From the NCBI GenBank assembly GCA_002269645.1, contig NIVC01000136.1:1-64000 (forward strand): 64,000 nucleotides of DNA, given 5' to 3'. This document shows positions 44,132-56,468 of this stretch, one piece after another. Each line of letters begins with the position of its first letter. Position 1 is the first letter of the stretch. The notes beneath the pieces were generated by a model. It searched no databases. It was not told where the DNA came from and was given only the letters and a program-made list of their open reading frames with translations. This DNA is from Macrostomum lignano (lineage: Eukaryota). The position numbers and the translations under genes were made by a program.

Positions 44132-46891
44132 CAGTAGAAATACCAAGCCATTTTTCCACCCGTCGAACTACCAAGAGGGGGAGGGGGAGTTCCATGACAA
44201 ATTTTTGCTGTGCCGCAACGGAGCAACGCAGGCACACAAAATTCAAATAAATTTGGCTAAATTCGGGCGACATCGGGCTAAATTTTTGTTGTGATGAGGA
44301 CGCACTTTTTCCCAAATCCCGCGCTAGCACATGGGCTCTGAATTTACTTGGCTACTAACAGTGGGCAGTGGGCATTTTTATCCTTTTTCTGCGAATTTTC
44401 ATAAAATTTATACTAGATATTAATGTCTGGTCATACTAGTAGTCATAAAAACATAGGCGCAGCTTTTTGGGTAATAAATCATCGCTTTCGAAGCTGGTCT
44501 GACAGCCACCTGCGCCTCACTCAGTGTTTAGGCGGGTGCCAGATGGTCTGAGAGGATGCGGGCGGTAGCTTTTTTTCTCATCATTTTGACAGGCCATCAA
44601 GATTTATGAGGTCAGAGCCTATTGTTCGTGTTCACTCAAGCGTGTGACAGCTTTGACAGCTATGCGTTTTACCCCTAAAAGTACTTTGGGATTAGCGATT
44701 AGCGATTTCTCTTCATTATCTTCACTTTCTATTTAATAAGAGCTTTCTAATGTATATTTTTTCATTAATTTCCGTCAATCCTACGCGAAAAGTCATAAAT
44801 CATTTTGTTGCGATTTTGAGTGATTTATGGCCGCACCTGTCATCTTTTTACGACCCTGTGGGAACTGATAGGATCTCTCGGTCACGTGATTCTGGGTAGC
44901 AACAAGCTTAGCCAATCAGAAAATTCGGCGCTCATTTTAACAAAACGGCTCAGCCAATGAGAATCGACGTGTTCCATTAAACCAAACTGCGGTCCAGTTG
45001 GCGGCTATTTAAACCGGAGTTTTTGGCCCGCTCGGACTCAACTTTGGCTCGGGCCCAGCGCGCAACTTCTGGTTCCCAGAGCACGACCGTCGTTTCTTGA
45101 TCCCCGGATTGCGACTTCCCCCATCATCATCAAGGACGAGTCCCCCGGTCGACAGCAGCGAACATCAAGCAAAGATCATCACCTGCCAGCTATCAGCGAA
45201 GATTGTGACAGCATCATCCCGAGTCTACAGCTGCGAAGCACTAAGCCGACTCGGTCACTGTGGATTACCTGGTCTCCAGCTGATGAGTTTCTGATTGGTT
45301 GGGTGAGAGGCTACCTAGGCTTGCTTGATTGGGTGATCCCCTATCTGTCCCCTGTTTCAGTAGCTGAATTAGGCGCACACTTTTGCTCATTTTGTTCAGT
45401 AGTGCTGTTGCTGAGGCAGAAATCATTCAATAATACTGCTAGTAGTCTAAGACTCCAATTCAATCTGAAGTGTGAAGTGAACTAAGGAGAAGGTTAAATC
45501 TAACAGTTATTGTTATCGGTTTTATTTCTTTGTTCGCCGATGGCTCAGATGAGTAGCTAAGCTAGTAGGCGCCGGTCACAGTGGACCAATGGCAAGGCAG
45601 TTCTCAGTCGACCAATCTAACAAATCAGTGAGCAAAACTGCCAGAAGTGCAGAATCGGCGCCAGAGATGTACTTTGTGCACTCTAGGGTAGCCAAGCGGC
45701 TCGGGTAAATGAATCATGCGGTCTCTGAAGTTCGAGTTAGCCTATCATCAGCGCTATGAGAGGCTAGTTGGTGCGTTGAAGGCCAAAAGTACATATTTTC
45801 GTATTTAGCAATGTAATAGTACATGTAGCTACCCCATAGACTCGCCACCGCAAGAATCCCCTGCACAAGTCCCCTCTGTACCTGCATGGCCAATGCGATC
45901 TAGTCCCAGCAGTGTCCCTTATCATCGGCTATGACTTCGAGATTGATAGCAAAAAGACACTAGTTGACAGGTAAGTGCAAAGCCCCTTCTAGTCGGAAGC
46001 CCGATTTCGAGAGTCCCGGTGTGGTGAGCCAGGACGTACGGGCTGGTGGCAGCAAGTTAGTTGATCTGCGGATTAGCTAATTTCTACTTTCAAAATTCTC
46101 CCTGCTCGTCTCTCGTTGTCCCTCTCTTAGCTATAGGACCTAGACTGCTCGCCACACGATCAAGCTACCATGGGGCTGACCATCTGACAGGAGTGGGGGG
46201 CCAGGACTCTATTGATTTATTTCTGAGCCTGAGGCCCGAAGGCTTCCCTAACAAGGAGCCCGAAGGTCGAAACCCATCAGTTGCGCAATATCTCAACCAA
46301 GAATCAAGTCGCCAGCCCTCCGGACCGTCGAGATATTCGACGATTCTGCCAGGTCGGATTTCTCCCTTAAGTGCTAGTGTATTCAGTACACCCCTGTGTG
46401 CCAATCAGCACTTCGCCTCAGAGCAGCCTTGCCAAGCCTCCAAATTTCATCAGCACGTCGATCACATGTGTCTGCGTCAGCTCTACCTTCGTTAGTCACT
46501 GGCCTTTACCGAGACGGAGCTTCTAGACCTTCAACAGGTCGCACCAGGTGACTATGGACACCCTGATACGAATTTCTCTAGTTTCGCTGATCAAGCGTCG
46601 ACAGTGCAGGGCAAGCCTTAACTGCTAACATCATCAGCTTAGTCTCTCGAAAGCATTTTCCGTCATCACCTCAACGCGCCGTCGGCACCTTCAACAGATT
46701 ACACCAGGTGACTATGAGCAGCCTGATGCGGATTTCTCTCATTGGCTGGGGACGGCGACTTGATTTTTGGTTGAGAAGAAGGTGCGCAACAATAAGTTAG
46801 CTCGTGAATTTCGTGTGCTTGCGTTACTCCGTTCCGGCGCAGCAAAAAATTGTCAGGGGGGGGGATTTCCCCCCTCTTGGTAGTTCTACTG
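44132..46891. mobile_element. Non-autonomous TIR DNA transposon-like element (2.76 kb) flanked by TTAA
   Basis: TTAA|CAGTAGAAATACCAAG ... CTTGGTAGTTCTACTG|TTAA (15/16 terminal match) plus an imperfect ~55-bp subterminal inverted repeat (~44195-44250 vs ~46803-46857). No transposase ORF recognised. Confidence 0.7.
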
Positions 46892-49800
46892 TTAAAAAAT
46901 TATTTATCAAAAAAGATTCTCAGATGCATACACTGGAGATTTTCAATGTAGCCATATGCACTGGTTTAAAGTGGTGTCTTCGGCTGCAATTAACTTCATG
47001 CAGGCAGTTGGTGAGAAATAAAAAGATTACATGTATATGTGCAAATTCACGGCAACAACATCAATGTCAAGTACTGGTCTTCTGCTCACTGAGCATTGTG
47101 TCTCACTTTGGCTTGCAAAACTGACTATCACCTTATATATAGCTCCTGATATAGGAAGAATCATATGACTTTCCAAAATTTATGGCGCAGCGCATTTACC
47201 GCCTGAGCCTCGCTGCTGTACATGTACGTCGATATCTTATGAAGTCTTACGCCCCATTGTACTTGAAACACACCCGTCATATCGACATGCTGGTGTACAA
47301 CCCCATTGCTGGATTTTAGTCAGTGCCTCCATACCTTTCTGCAGTTACGCGCTCTTTTCTGCTGTTTTGCATCCAACAGAAGAAAAGTGTTTTCATTTTC
47401 AGTACTCGCGCCGTCGCCTTCCTACACTACACAATAGATCCGATGTTGACAGCGCTCAAAATTAGGTAGCTAATATTTGCGAGAAGTTAAATGGTTACCC
47501 ATATGGACAGGTTTCCAGATGCTAGAAATTGGTGCGGTCATAGGCTTAGAAACCAGCAACCTGGCATACAAAGCCACAATGGCTCCATGGCGCTTATGGC
47601 ACTGGCAACTGGTGCCCTCTAAATCCTCAGCATATGTGACACTGCAGCCTTGGGGACCACAGAAAGAGAGGCATGGGTTGCAAAAACGAAGAATAATACC
47701 ACCTGATTATGTTCGGTTAAACGTCTATACAGTATATATCAACGGTACTTGGATATTTTGTTTCGCAGCATGCAAATTCAGAGAAAAGGATGCCTGCACG
47801 GCACACAATTACTAAATAACAATGAGCCATATTCATGCAACTGAACAATAAAGATCAATCGGTCTGCTTAATTATAGGCAATAAATAATCCTTGATATAA
47901 TATAGTCTTTGGATTGGATTCATGACCGATCGGATTTGCAGGGCATGCATGCAGGAACTAGAGAATGTTATTGCATGTGTCATAAGATCTTAGAGATCGG
48001 CCTTTAACTGGGTTACGAGAGCATTAATAGAAAAAAAGTGTTTGCCTTAATTACAATGTAATGTTGGCCTCATCCAGTTCCCAGAAATGTAAGGAGTAAC
48101 AGTCACTATACAGACCCAATTACAATGTACCTCCAGACCAATCAGTTATCGTTTAAAATAAAAAACAAAAGTATAATTTACTGCATTAGTTAGCAACAAA
48201 AATTAAAAACTACCGTGATCTGATGAAAACTATTTTTGTTCAGAGTAAAGACTTAGGGTAAAAGTTAATGTTACGGTTGTTATAAATGGCGTTTGATGCA
48301 TGAAATCAAATCTTGAAAAAATCTTATTTTTTATTTATCTATCGACTATTTAACTTTTTACTTATCTTTTTTTACTATATTTACCCCGTCGGAGTTCTCC
48401 GATCTCCGCAAGTACAAGTGTACAACACAACATGAACGATAGGTCGAAATGATCAACTTCTTTCACAAGCTCTACAAATTACAGGGGTTGAGTGTTGCAC
48501 AATGCACATGGCTACCCACGTTATAAAATATGTTTTGAATATAAATGCGCCATTGTGACTAACTGGTCGGGTCGCTGGCCCTAGCCTAGGATCTAGATCT
48601 AGGATGCAAAGTCGCATCCTGGTATAATTTTAGTAAGCGATTTTAGTATATTTAGATAGGATTTGATATGTCAGAATGCTAGCCTATCTATAGGCATAGC
48701 ACTACCATTCCACAAAAACTTAGGCCTAGCCATTTAGACTTTAAGTTAGTATTATTCATTTCATATTAAGTATTATTACTATTGACATTGTATTATATTA
48801 GGTTTAAGGAAATTAGAGGCCTACCTAGTAATGTAGTGACTGCAATGATCTATTTTTAATGATTAGGCCCTAAATTCAAATTGTATCTTTGCCTTTTGAC
48901 AAACTAGTATAACCTAGTAGTTAGGCCCTAGTGTTCTATATTACTGCCATACCTTTGTACTTCTATAGCCATAGCTGTACTAAATTTTACTATGCCATAT
49001 CCATAGCTGCAATTTGTTATGATTTAGATTGTCAAATCTCTATATTCTATTTTTTGTAGCAATATTATAATTTAATGTTTTGCCATAAGTAGGGACTTCA
49101 GTGAGTTATAAGAAGTGCGTGCCAATGGCAAAAAAGTAAGAAAAAAGTCCAATTTTTCAAGGGCGATTTTAAAGAAACTATAGAAGCCAGGATGAAAGTA
49201 AAATATGCATTTAAAAGGTAAAAAGGAGCTCTTTCAAATGACACCAACTGCAAGTCTAGCTTTGTTATACTTTTTGCACTGTCTATTTTTAAAGTTGACC
49301 ATTTTTTAGGAGGAATATAAAATTTAAGCCAAAATGAATAAAAAAACAGTGGTTCAGAAAATGCTTTTTCTTAGCTGCAATGTGTTTCTTATAATGGAAA
49401 CAAAGGTTTTATAGTGTAAAGGGATAATTTAGAAACATTTTTCTGGTGTTAAAAAAAATTTTTTTTTTCTTTTAATGCCCATATGGCTCTATGCAAAATT
49501 TCAAATCCAAAATTTTCCATGAAATCCTTTTCCTGCATTGTTTCTCTTTATATTTTTCATTACCTATTGACAATACAAGCACAGTAAAAAAAACCGCTTG
49601 CCAATAGCTATAGGCGCAAAAATTTTGTGGAGGTTTCTTTTTTTGATACGTTTACATGTAAAATACCCATTGAAACGTGTATTTCGTGTTTTTTGTGAGA
49701 CTCTGCCTTCCGGCAAACTAGTTCTCTGTGTCATTTAACTAATTCTGCTATGCTGAACACGATAGGCAAAACCGTTTTTTAATAAACCCATGCGCAAAGC

Positions 49801-52800
49801 CTGTACAGCACATTACATTGCAGTTGGGGTGTCTGTCATGCATTAAAAATTTAGGGCAAGAAGTAGAATAGTATTATAGTAGGTAAAAACCTGAACAAAA
49901 TGACACTAGCCTTGTATAAATTAAGCAAGCAGAACAGATGCTATTGTATTTTTAAAATTGCAATCATTGCGTATCTGGTTAAAATAGTCAAAATTTCATA
50001 CACCCATCCTGTTTCAATTAGCTTAGCAACTTGGGCATATAAAATAATATTAAAATATATAATTCATACAATTAACACTAAAAAACTGAACAAAATGACA
50101 CCAAGCACAGTCATTTTGGTTGGCTAGAAAATTAATTACAAGTGTTCAAAGACAAAAAGCCAACTTTTTGGCCAAAAATGATCACAAACCGTAATGTAAA
50201 AATTCCATTGGCTAAAGGCACAAATCGGGGTTACTAAAATAGCTGTAGTTTCCTTATTACTCAACCAAATCACTAAAGTTTGGCCATTTTGGAAATGGGA
50301 AAGTAAGATCTATCTAGTGAAATAGCAGCCTATAACAATTTCTGAAATTTAATTTTCTCACTGAAGTGCCTACCATAAGGAGGGTCTATGTACTGAAGCC
50401 ATAGCCATAAGCAAAACTATGGCTTATTCCAATTTTCCGTATTCCATAGCCATAGAAACCCCAAAATTACCATATTCCCATAGTTCCCATAGCTGTAGCC
50501 ATAGTTTTAACAAAAAGTCTAAAAACTAAAATATTTTGAATCAAGATGATAAGCTAGAGCTTAAATAATTGCAAATTAAATAAAATTAAAAAATAAAAGA
50601 AACACTCAATTGCTTTTATAAGACTATATTTTGTTTTTTTCAGAGCAATAATACTTAATTGTTACTAAAAGTACTAATACTAAACTTTTTCATATTAATA
50701 AAAATTAGAGTTTGTTAGTATTTTATTGTACTTTTTTTAGGTATATTTTATAAGTTTCTAGGTTGATAATACAGTTTATTAAAAGTAAAGTGGGGGTAGA
50801 GAAAGTTTTTCTTAGAAGTGGGTCAGTTTGAATTAGTTGAAGACACCAGTGAGGTAGGGTGGATTCCACATTTAAATTGCCGCCAGCATTGTGTTCGCAC
50901 AAATAAAACCGTAAAATTGTGCAAACGAATCACATTGAAATCTTTCTCCTGTTTTACTCCGACTGCCAGGTTCTCAAGTCTGGGGAAGGGTAGTCATAGT
51001 TGTAGCAAAGTGATCATTAGTGGCATAGTCATTCAAAGCAATGAAACACCAGAGGTCTCTAACTCTGTAAATAGCACCTTGATTTGCTAAGCTTGTTACT
51101 TTCAGTAGGGTAGTTGCTGCCACCATCGTAATTTATATATTATGGAACAAATAAGTCTCAGAGCTTTCTTTGATATTTGAACTTGGTTATTTTATGCCCC
51201 ATGGGCAATGACTTAAGAGAGACTATGGCTTAATGTCAGCAGAGATATTAATTAATAATTCTTAAGTTATGGTTTACTTCAGTTTATTATTTATTGATAG
51301 TTTGCAGGCTAAATATTACTTGACAAGATTTCCTCCACAGGTACTGGAAGCACAAGCTATTAAAAGAAAACAGCTAACTTAGCAACTAAGCTACTCAAGA
51401 ACTGAATGAATTATAACTAATCACGCAAGTAAATAATTAATAGTAAGATTGCTAAAACAGAGAATAAGTATGACAGGACAGGACAAGTCAAGACAAGTAA
51501 AGCAAAAATGTGCTAAGCACAATATTTAAATATTACATTGAGAGGGGCAGTGAAAGGAGAAAAGGTGACAAGGGTAGGACACCAGGGATGGACCAGACAG
51601 AAAGCACAGGGACAAATGGGGAGAAAATGCAAAACAGCAACAAGACAAACAGGGCCAGGGACAGGAGAGGGAAAACTCGCATCTGAGGCTGGAAAATGAC
51701 AACAAAAATCCTGGTTTTAGAGGGGTAAAATCCTGGGGATGTTACATAAAATTCCAATCAATGTTTTTACCAATCAGTGGCATCCCCCTGCCACAAAAGT
51801 ATCTTTGTTTTACTTTATCTGTTTCTAATATTTTTTTTCAATTTTTAACAAAAATAACTACAGCTATGGGAATCTACGGAATGTGACAGCAATTAACATA
51901 TTTCCATAGTTGTAGCCATAAGAGCAGCTAGCTACTGTAGGCATATCTGTAGCTGTCATAGGCACTTATTTTACTGTTTTGCTGTAGGATCCCATAGCCA
52001 TAGCTACGGCTATGGCAGAACACTATTATAATTTATCAAAATTAACAAAATCCCTTGGCTTGGTTTCCAAAACTTCGAAAGTCAAAAACAAAAATAGGCC
52101 TAATCAAATGAAAAACCATAAAATCTTTCAAATTTAGTGATTTGTTTAGTTTTGTTTAACAAATCTGAATGCATTTTATACAAAATAGCTAATAGAATAA
52201 TATTTATTTTTATTTTGCCAAGAATATAAAAATTTAAATGTAATTTGTAAATATATAAAAATAACTTTTCCTTATAAAAACATTTTATTTAGTTTAAATT
52301 TTTATGGCAAATTAGGCTTATATATAGTGCTCCAAATCTCTGTAATCTATAGCTGCCAATAGTGCCTATTAGCAAGATCTCTATATCCATAATATGTAAC
52401 CAAATTGTGTTAACAAATGATAACTTTTAGTTTTATAAAGAGCTTGCATACATGGCAGCTATCTATCTAGTGTTTTAATTGCATGCATAGCAGTTGGCAG
52501 TTGGCTACAATATAGGCCTAGTACATAGGACCCTTTCCTTCAAATCTGTGCATTGCTACTAATTAAACCTAGTTAAAAGTTACTATTACTATATTAATAT
52601 TGGATGTTATTTTTTGTGTTATTGTTATTGTTATTACTGGATGTTAATACAAAATATTGTTTTATAATGTTTTATCCTATGTATAGTAGGCTTATATACC
52701 TAATATAATCTCAATTCATTACTATTTTTTGTTAATTTGAATATTAACTTAAACAGTATCCAACTTATTATCAATAAGATATGGTTGCCATTCGTGCAAG

Positions 52801-55800
52801 TGGAGCTGCAGCTGTAGCCACCTAGCAGTGCAGCTTTTTATGCCAGGACCAGGAATCTACCAGAAGAATTGAGGATGGACTTTTAGTAAATTTAATTGTA
52901 TAACACTTAATTTATATTCTGCAACCAAATTCCAATATTATTGATTTTAATTTTATCTCAGGAGTGCCTAGAAGAGCTGGTTGAAATTAATCAGCATACT
53001 CTTGTTCAATGTCACACCTTTTAATCAGGTGACAGTCAATCTCACACTTCTCAACAACCTTAACAAAGTTGTCAGCATTCTGGACAATAGCGTTGTGAGT
53101 TTTGACCTCACATTAGGCAAAGCACTTCAGTGTCCTACTAAGGCCATTGATAGCCCTCCTTGCCATGGGATGTGGCAAAGAATTCCAACAACAGCTCAGC
53201 CAGCTTGAACTTGCGGCATGCCAATTCAGTGAAGTGGAACATGAACTTGTTCTTACATTGGCTCATAGGGCCATTACTCTAGAACTGGACCTGCTGGCCT
53301 GGTGTAGGGAACCTCTGGATAAGGGGAGAAATTTGTGTTTTTGAATGGTTTTGTGTGGCACAAAAAGGGTTTTAAAAGGTTTTGAAATGAGTTTCTAAGT
53401 TATCATATTACCCAAAGTAGGTAGGACAAAAACACCAAAACTGTGCTTGGTTGAGTTGCTTGCCAAGGCCAACATAATTGAGCAGGACTTGCAATAGATA
53501 GAAACAGTGAATATCATCACCTGGCTTAGGAACCAGTATGCTTGCTGTATTGCATCCTATGCGCACATGTATAGTTTTCACTGAAATCAAAATAGAAAAT
53601 TTGCTTGTCTTCAGTGAGAACAGCTTTCCTATTGCAAAAAGTAGCCGACTGGTATACTCTGGTCCTCTTGTAGACAATAAATTTGGGCAGTAATGCCAGC
53701 TAGAGCTTGTGAGCTATGTCTACTGTGATGGCTTGGGCATCTTGCTCCATTTGCTGCAACTGCTCATTGCACTGCCAAAAGCAGAAGGTGACCCCATCCT
53801 CTAGAACCTCGGGGGTTAGGATTAGGGATGCAATGATTATCCAAGCTGCTGCATGCATCACACAAGCAAATGGCACACTATGGGGTGGCAGGAGTACAGT
53901 AGATAACTCTGGCTAGCCAATCTGTTGAATAGGCTAGAAGTCTGGTGACCTGCGACAATGTATTTCAGATACTAGAAAAATACAGGGGTTACAAGAAACA
54001 TTAAATTTTTGTTTCATAGTTTTCTTTTACTGATTGATTAGCAATGCAAGCTGTGAAGTAACTTTTAAAATTCTTGTGTTCAAGGCAATAGCACAAATAG
54101 ACTGGTATGTTGCCTAAAGGCACAATGTGCTTTGAGTGCAGCTCACAAAGCTTTGACAGCAATAAGCTATGTCCTGATTTGTGAACAACCAAGTTATGCA
54201 CTTCCTTAAGGCTCATTAAGAGGTAATTATTCTAGATAGATTCATTATAGACATGCATATAGTCCTTCTGACCAGGAGAACACTATGAAATGTCATCCTT
54301 CAGGAAGAAATTTGTGACATCCATGATGACCTCATTGGGTAGATGGCACTTCACAATGGCCTTTGGGAGTGGCAAACTGTTCTCTTGAACAAGGCACATC
54401 AGAATTATCTGTCACCTTACTGGGGTCTTTGGGAGTGCATGGCGAGCCCTGTGATTAAGAAATGTAGGTAAACAAAAATGACATGACAGACATGACATGG
54501 CTTGGTTAAAGACTTAAAGTCTAGTTTAGACTAATGAGACTAATGCTGAAGATTGGGGCATGTGTTAAGGTAGAGTGCAAGATTCATGGTTAGTAATTTG
54601 AACATTTTAAATAGTGCAGGTTGAAAATTATTTTAAGGTATAAAACAAGTCAACAGTATCTATAAAAGACTTGAATTCCAACCACATGTTTGTCTTTATA
54701 TAATTGAAACTTTACAAACTTTTATAAGAGAAATTTAATTAAAAGGCATGATTTTAAAATAGTACAATTCATTTTTTGTATGAATTTTTAGGAATTTTGG
54801 GAATACATGATAATAATCAAGTTTTATGAAGATCTACAGATTTTAGGAATACCAGAAAATGATGTTAATTAGGTAACTTTGCAAGGTTTTGTAGCTTGTT
54901 ACACTTATCATACACTAACAAAAATGACTATAACTTAAATCAAGGCTAAAATTTTTTTTTACCAAAAATATCACTTTACAAGCATCTTGAAAATTGATAC
55001 AACAACTTTTTGTAAAAAATGATGGTTGTTTTTAACACAAAAAAGGGGAAGTCCAACTTTTTCAATTTGAAAATTATGATAAATAGAAATATATATTAGA
55101 TCATAAAAAAATTATAATTCCAGTCTTTAGATATAATAAAGAAATATTATTATTATATTTATGTACTAGATGAATTACATTTATGACTTAATTTTCCTAA
55201 TGAAAACCAGATTAACTTTTTATAATGTCCCACAGAACATAAAAATCATGCAGGGGTACTATGATCAAAACAATAATATAAACCTAGAAATAGATAAATA
55301 TGTATAAAACTACATAAACATGAAACTATATATAATTATATGCAAATAAAAATATTCACATATGCAAAAAATGAAAAAAAATTCTATCCCTTTGATAACC
55401 CTATCATGGAATTACCCAGATAGTCTACTAGAGCCATCTTAATAGTTATATCTATTATTTTGCTCTAATTAGGCCAAGGAAAGAAAATGCAACCCATTTT
55501 AACAAAGGAATTTTTGGCAAAAAGCTTGATCACATCAGTTTGGTAAAAAGATAGTTATAATTGCAAATTTGCAAATAGTAGGCTTATTTATTTCTAAATA
55601 CTACTTTAATAATTGTAGTTATAATTTTTTTATGATTTTATTCTTTTATTAACACCTATTCTTAAAACTATGCTGGTGTTGCATCATTAATAAAATATCT
55701 ATATTAAAACTGCTCTATTCAAACCAACAAGGATGTAGAATAGTGGTTCTTAACCCTTTTCCAGATGACCCTAATTTATTCACTTGCATCATTTTTTAAT

Positions 55801-56468
55801 GTTTGAAACCTTTTTTCAAATTCAATATAATGTATCATCTCATCAAGTTTTTGATTATTATTTCTTAGTGCTTCAACCCCCAGAAAATCATCATGCAACC
55901 CCACTGGGGGTTGGTCTCAAATCAGCAATCAATATTTTAATAGTATAGAATAGAATCAGCAATCAGACAGTCACTCAAATATGCTATATCACTATAGCTA
56001 AAAAAATTACAGTTAAATACTTGAAACTCAGTCTGAGTCTATTAAAAATGTGCTGGACTGCACTCATGACAAACTATTGATGAGAAAATTTATTTAATAA
56101 AGTCTAAATATTTACTAAATTATTAGCTATTGACAATAAGTCATTCTCTAACTTTTATTAAATAGAAAAAACTCATTCATAAAAGTTCTTATGAAAAATT
56201 ACATTAAAACTGAAAAATAGCTGGTCATTAATTTGTCTTATTTTTGCTTTCTTCAATGTATTAAAACATTAAACGTCATTATAGACTAAGTAGTCATACA
56301 TGCATGTTTCAATTAAAATTTTATCCCGGTAAATCATTGTAAATCTGAGTTTAATTTTATTATAGATACCAATAATAATGCATACTCATTCCATGGCTTG
56401 ATAAGGAATTATATTAAATTATATTAATAACATTCACATTATCTGTGTTGCGCATGCAAAGCACTGCC

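Noticed and set aside
46022-46036. TGGTGAGCCAGG as a primer-binding site
   Set aside because: No adjacent LTR end with a matching TSD and no gag/pol downstream could be found.
45097-47815. Short ORFs inside and after the TIR element
   Set aside because: No recognisable motifs or consistent splice structure.
48900-52020. Scattered CCATAGC/GCTATGG words in both orientations
   Set aside because: Probably decayed repeat remnants; no termini, TSD or periodicity could be defined.
53408-53677. GPEYTSRL resembling an integrase DNGPEF motif
   Set aside because: A single short motif with no supporting residues or neighbouring domains that could be verified.
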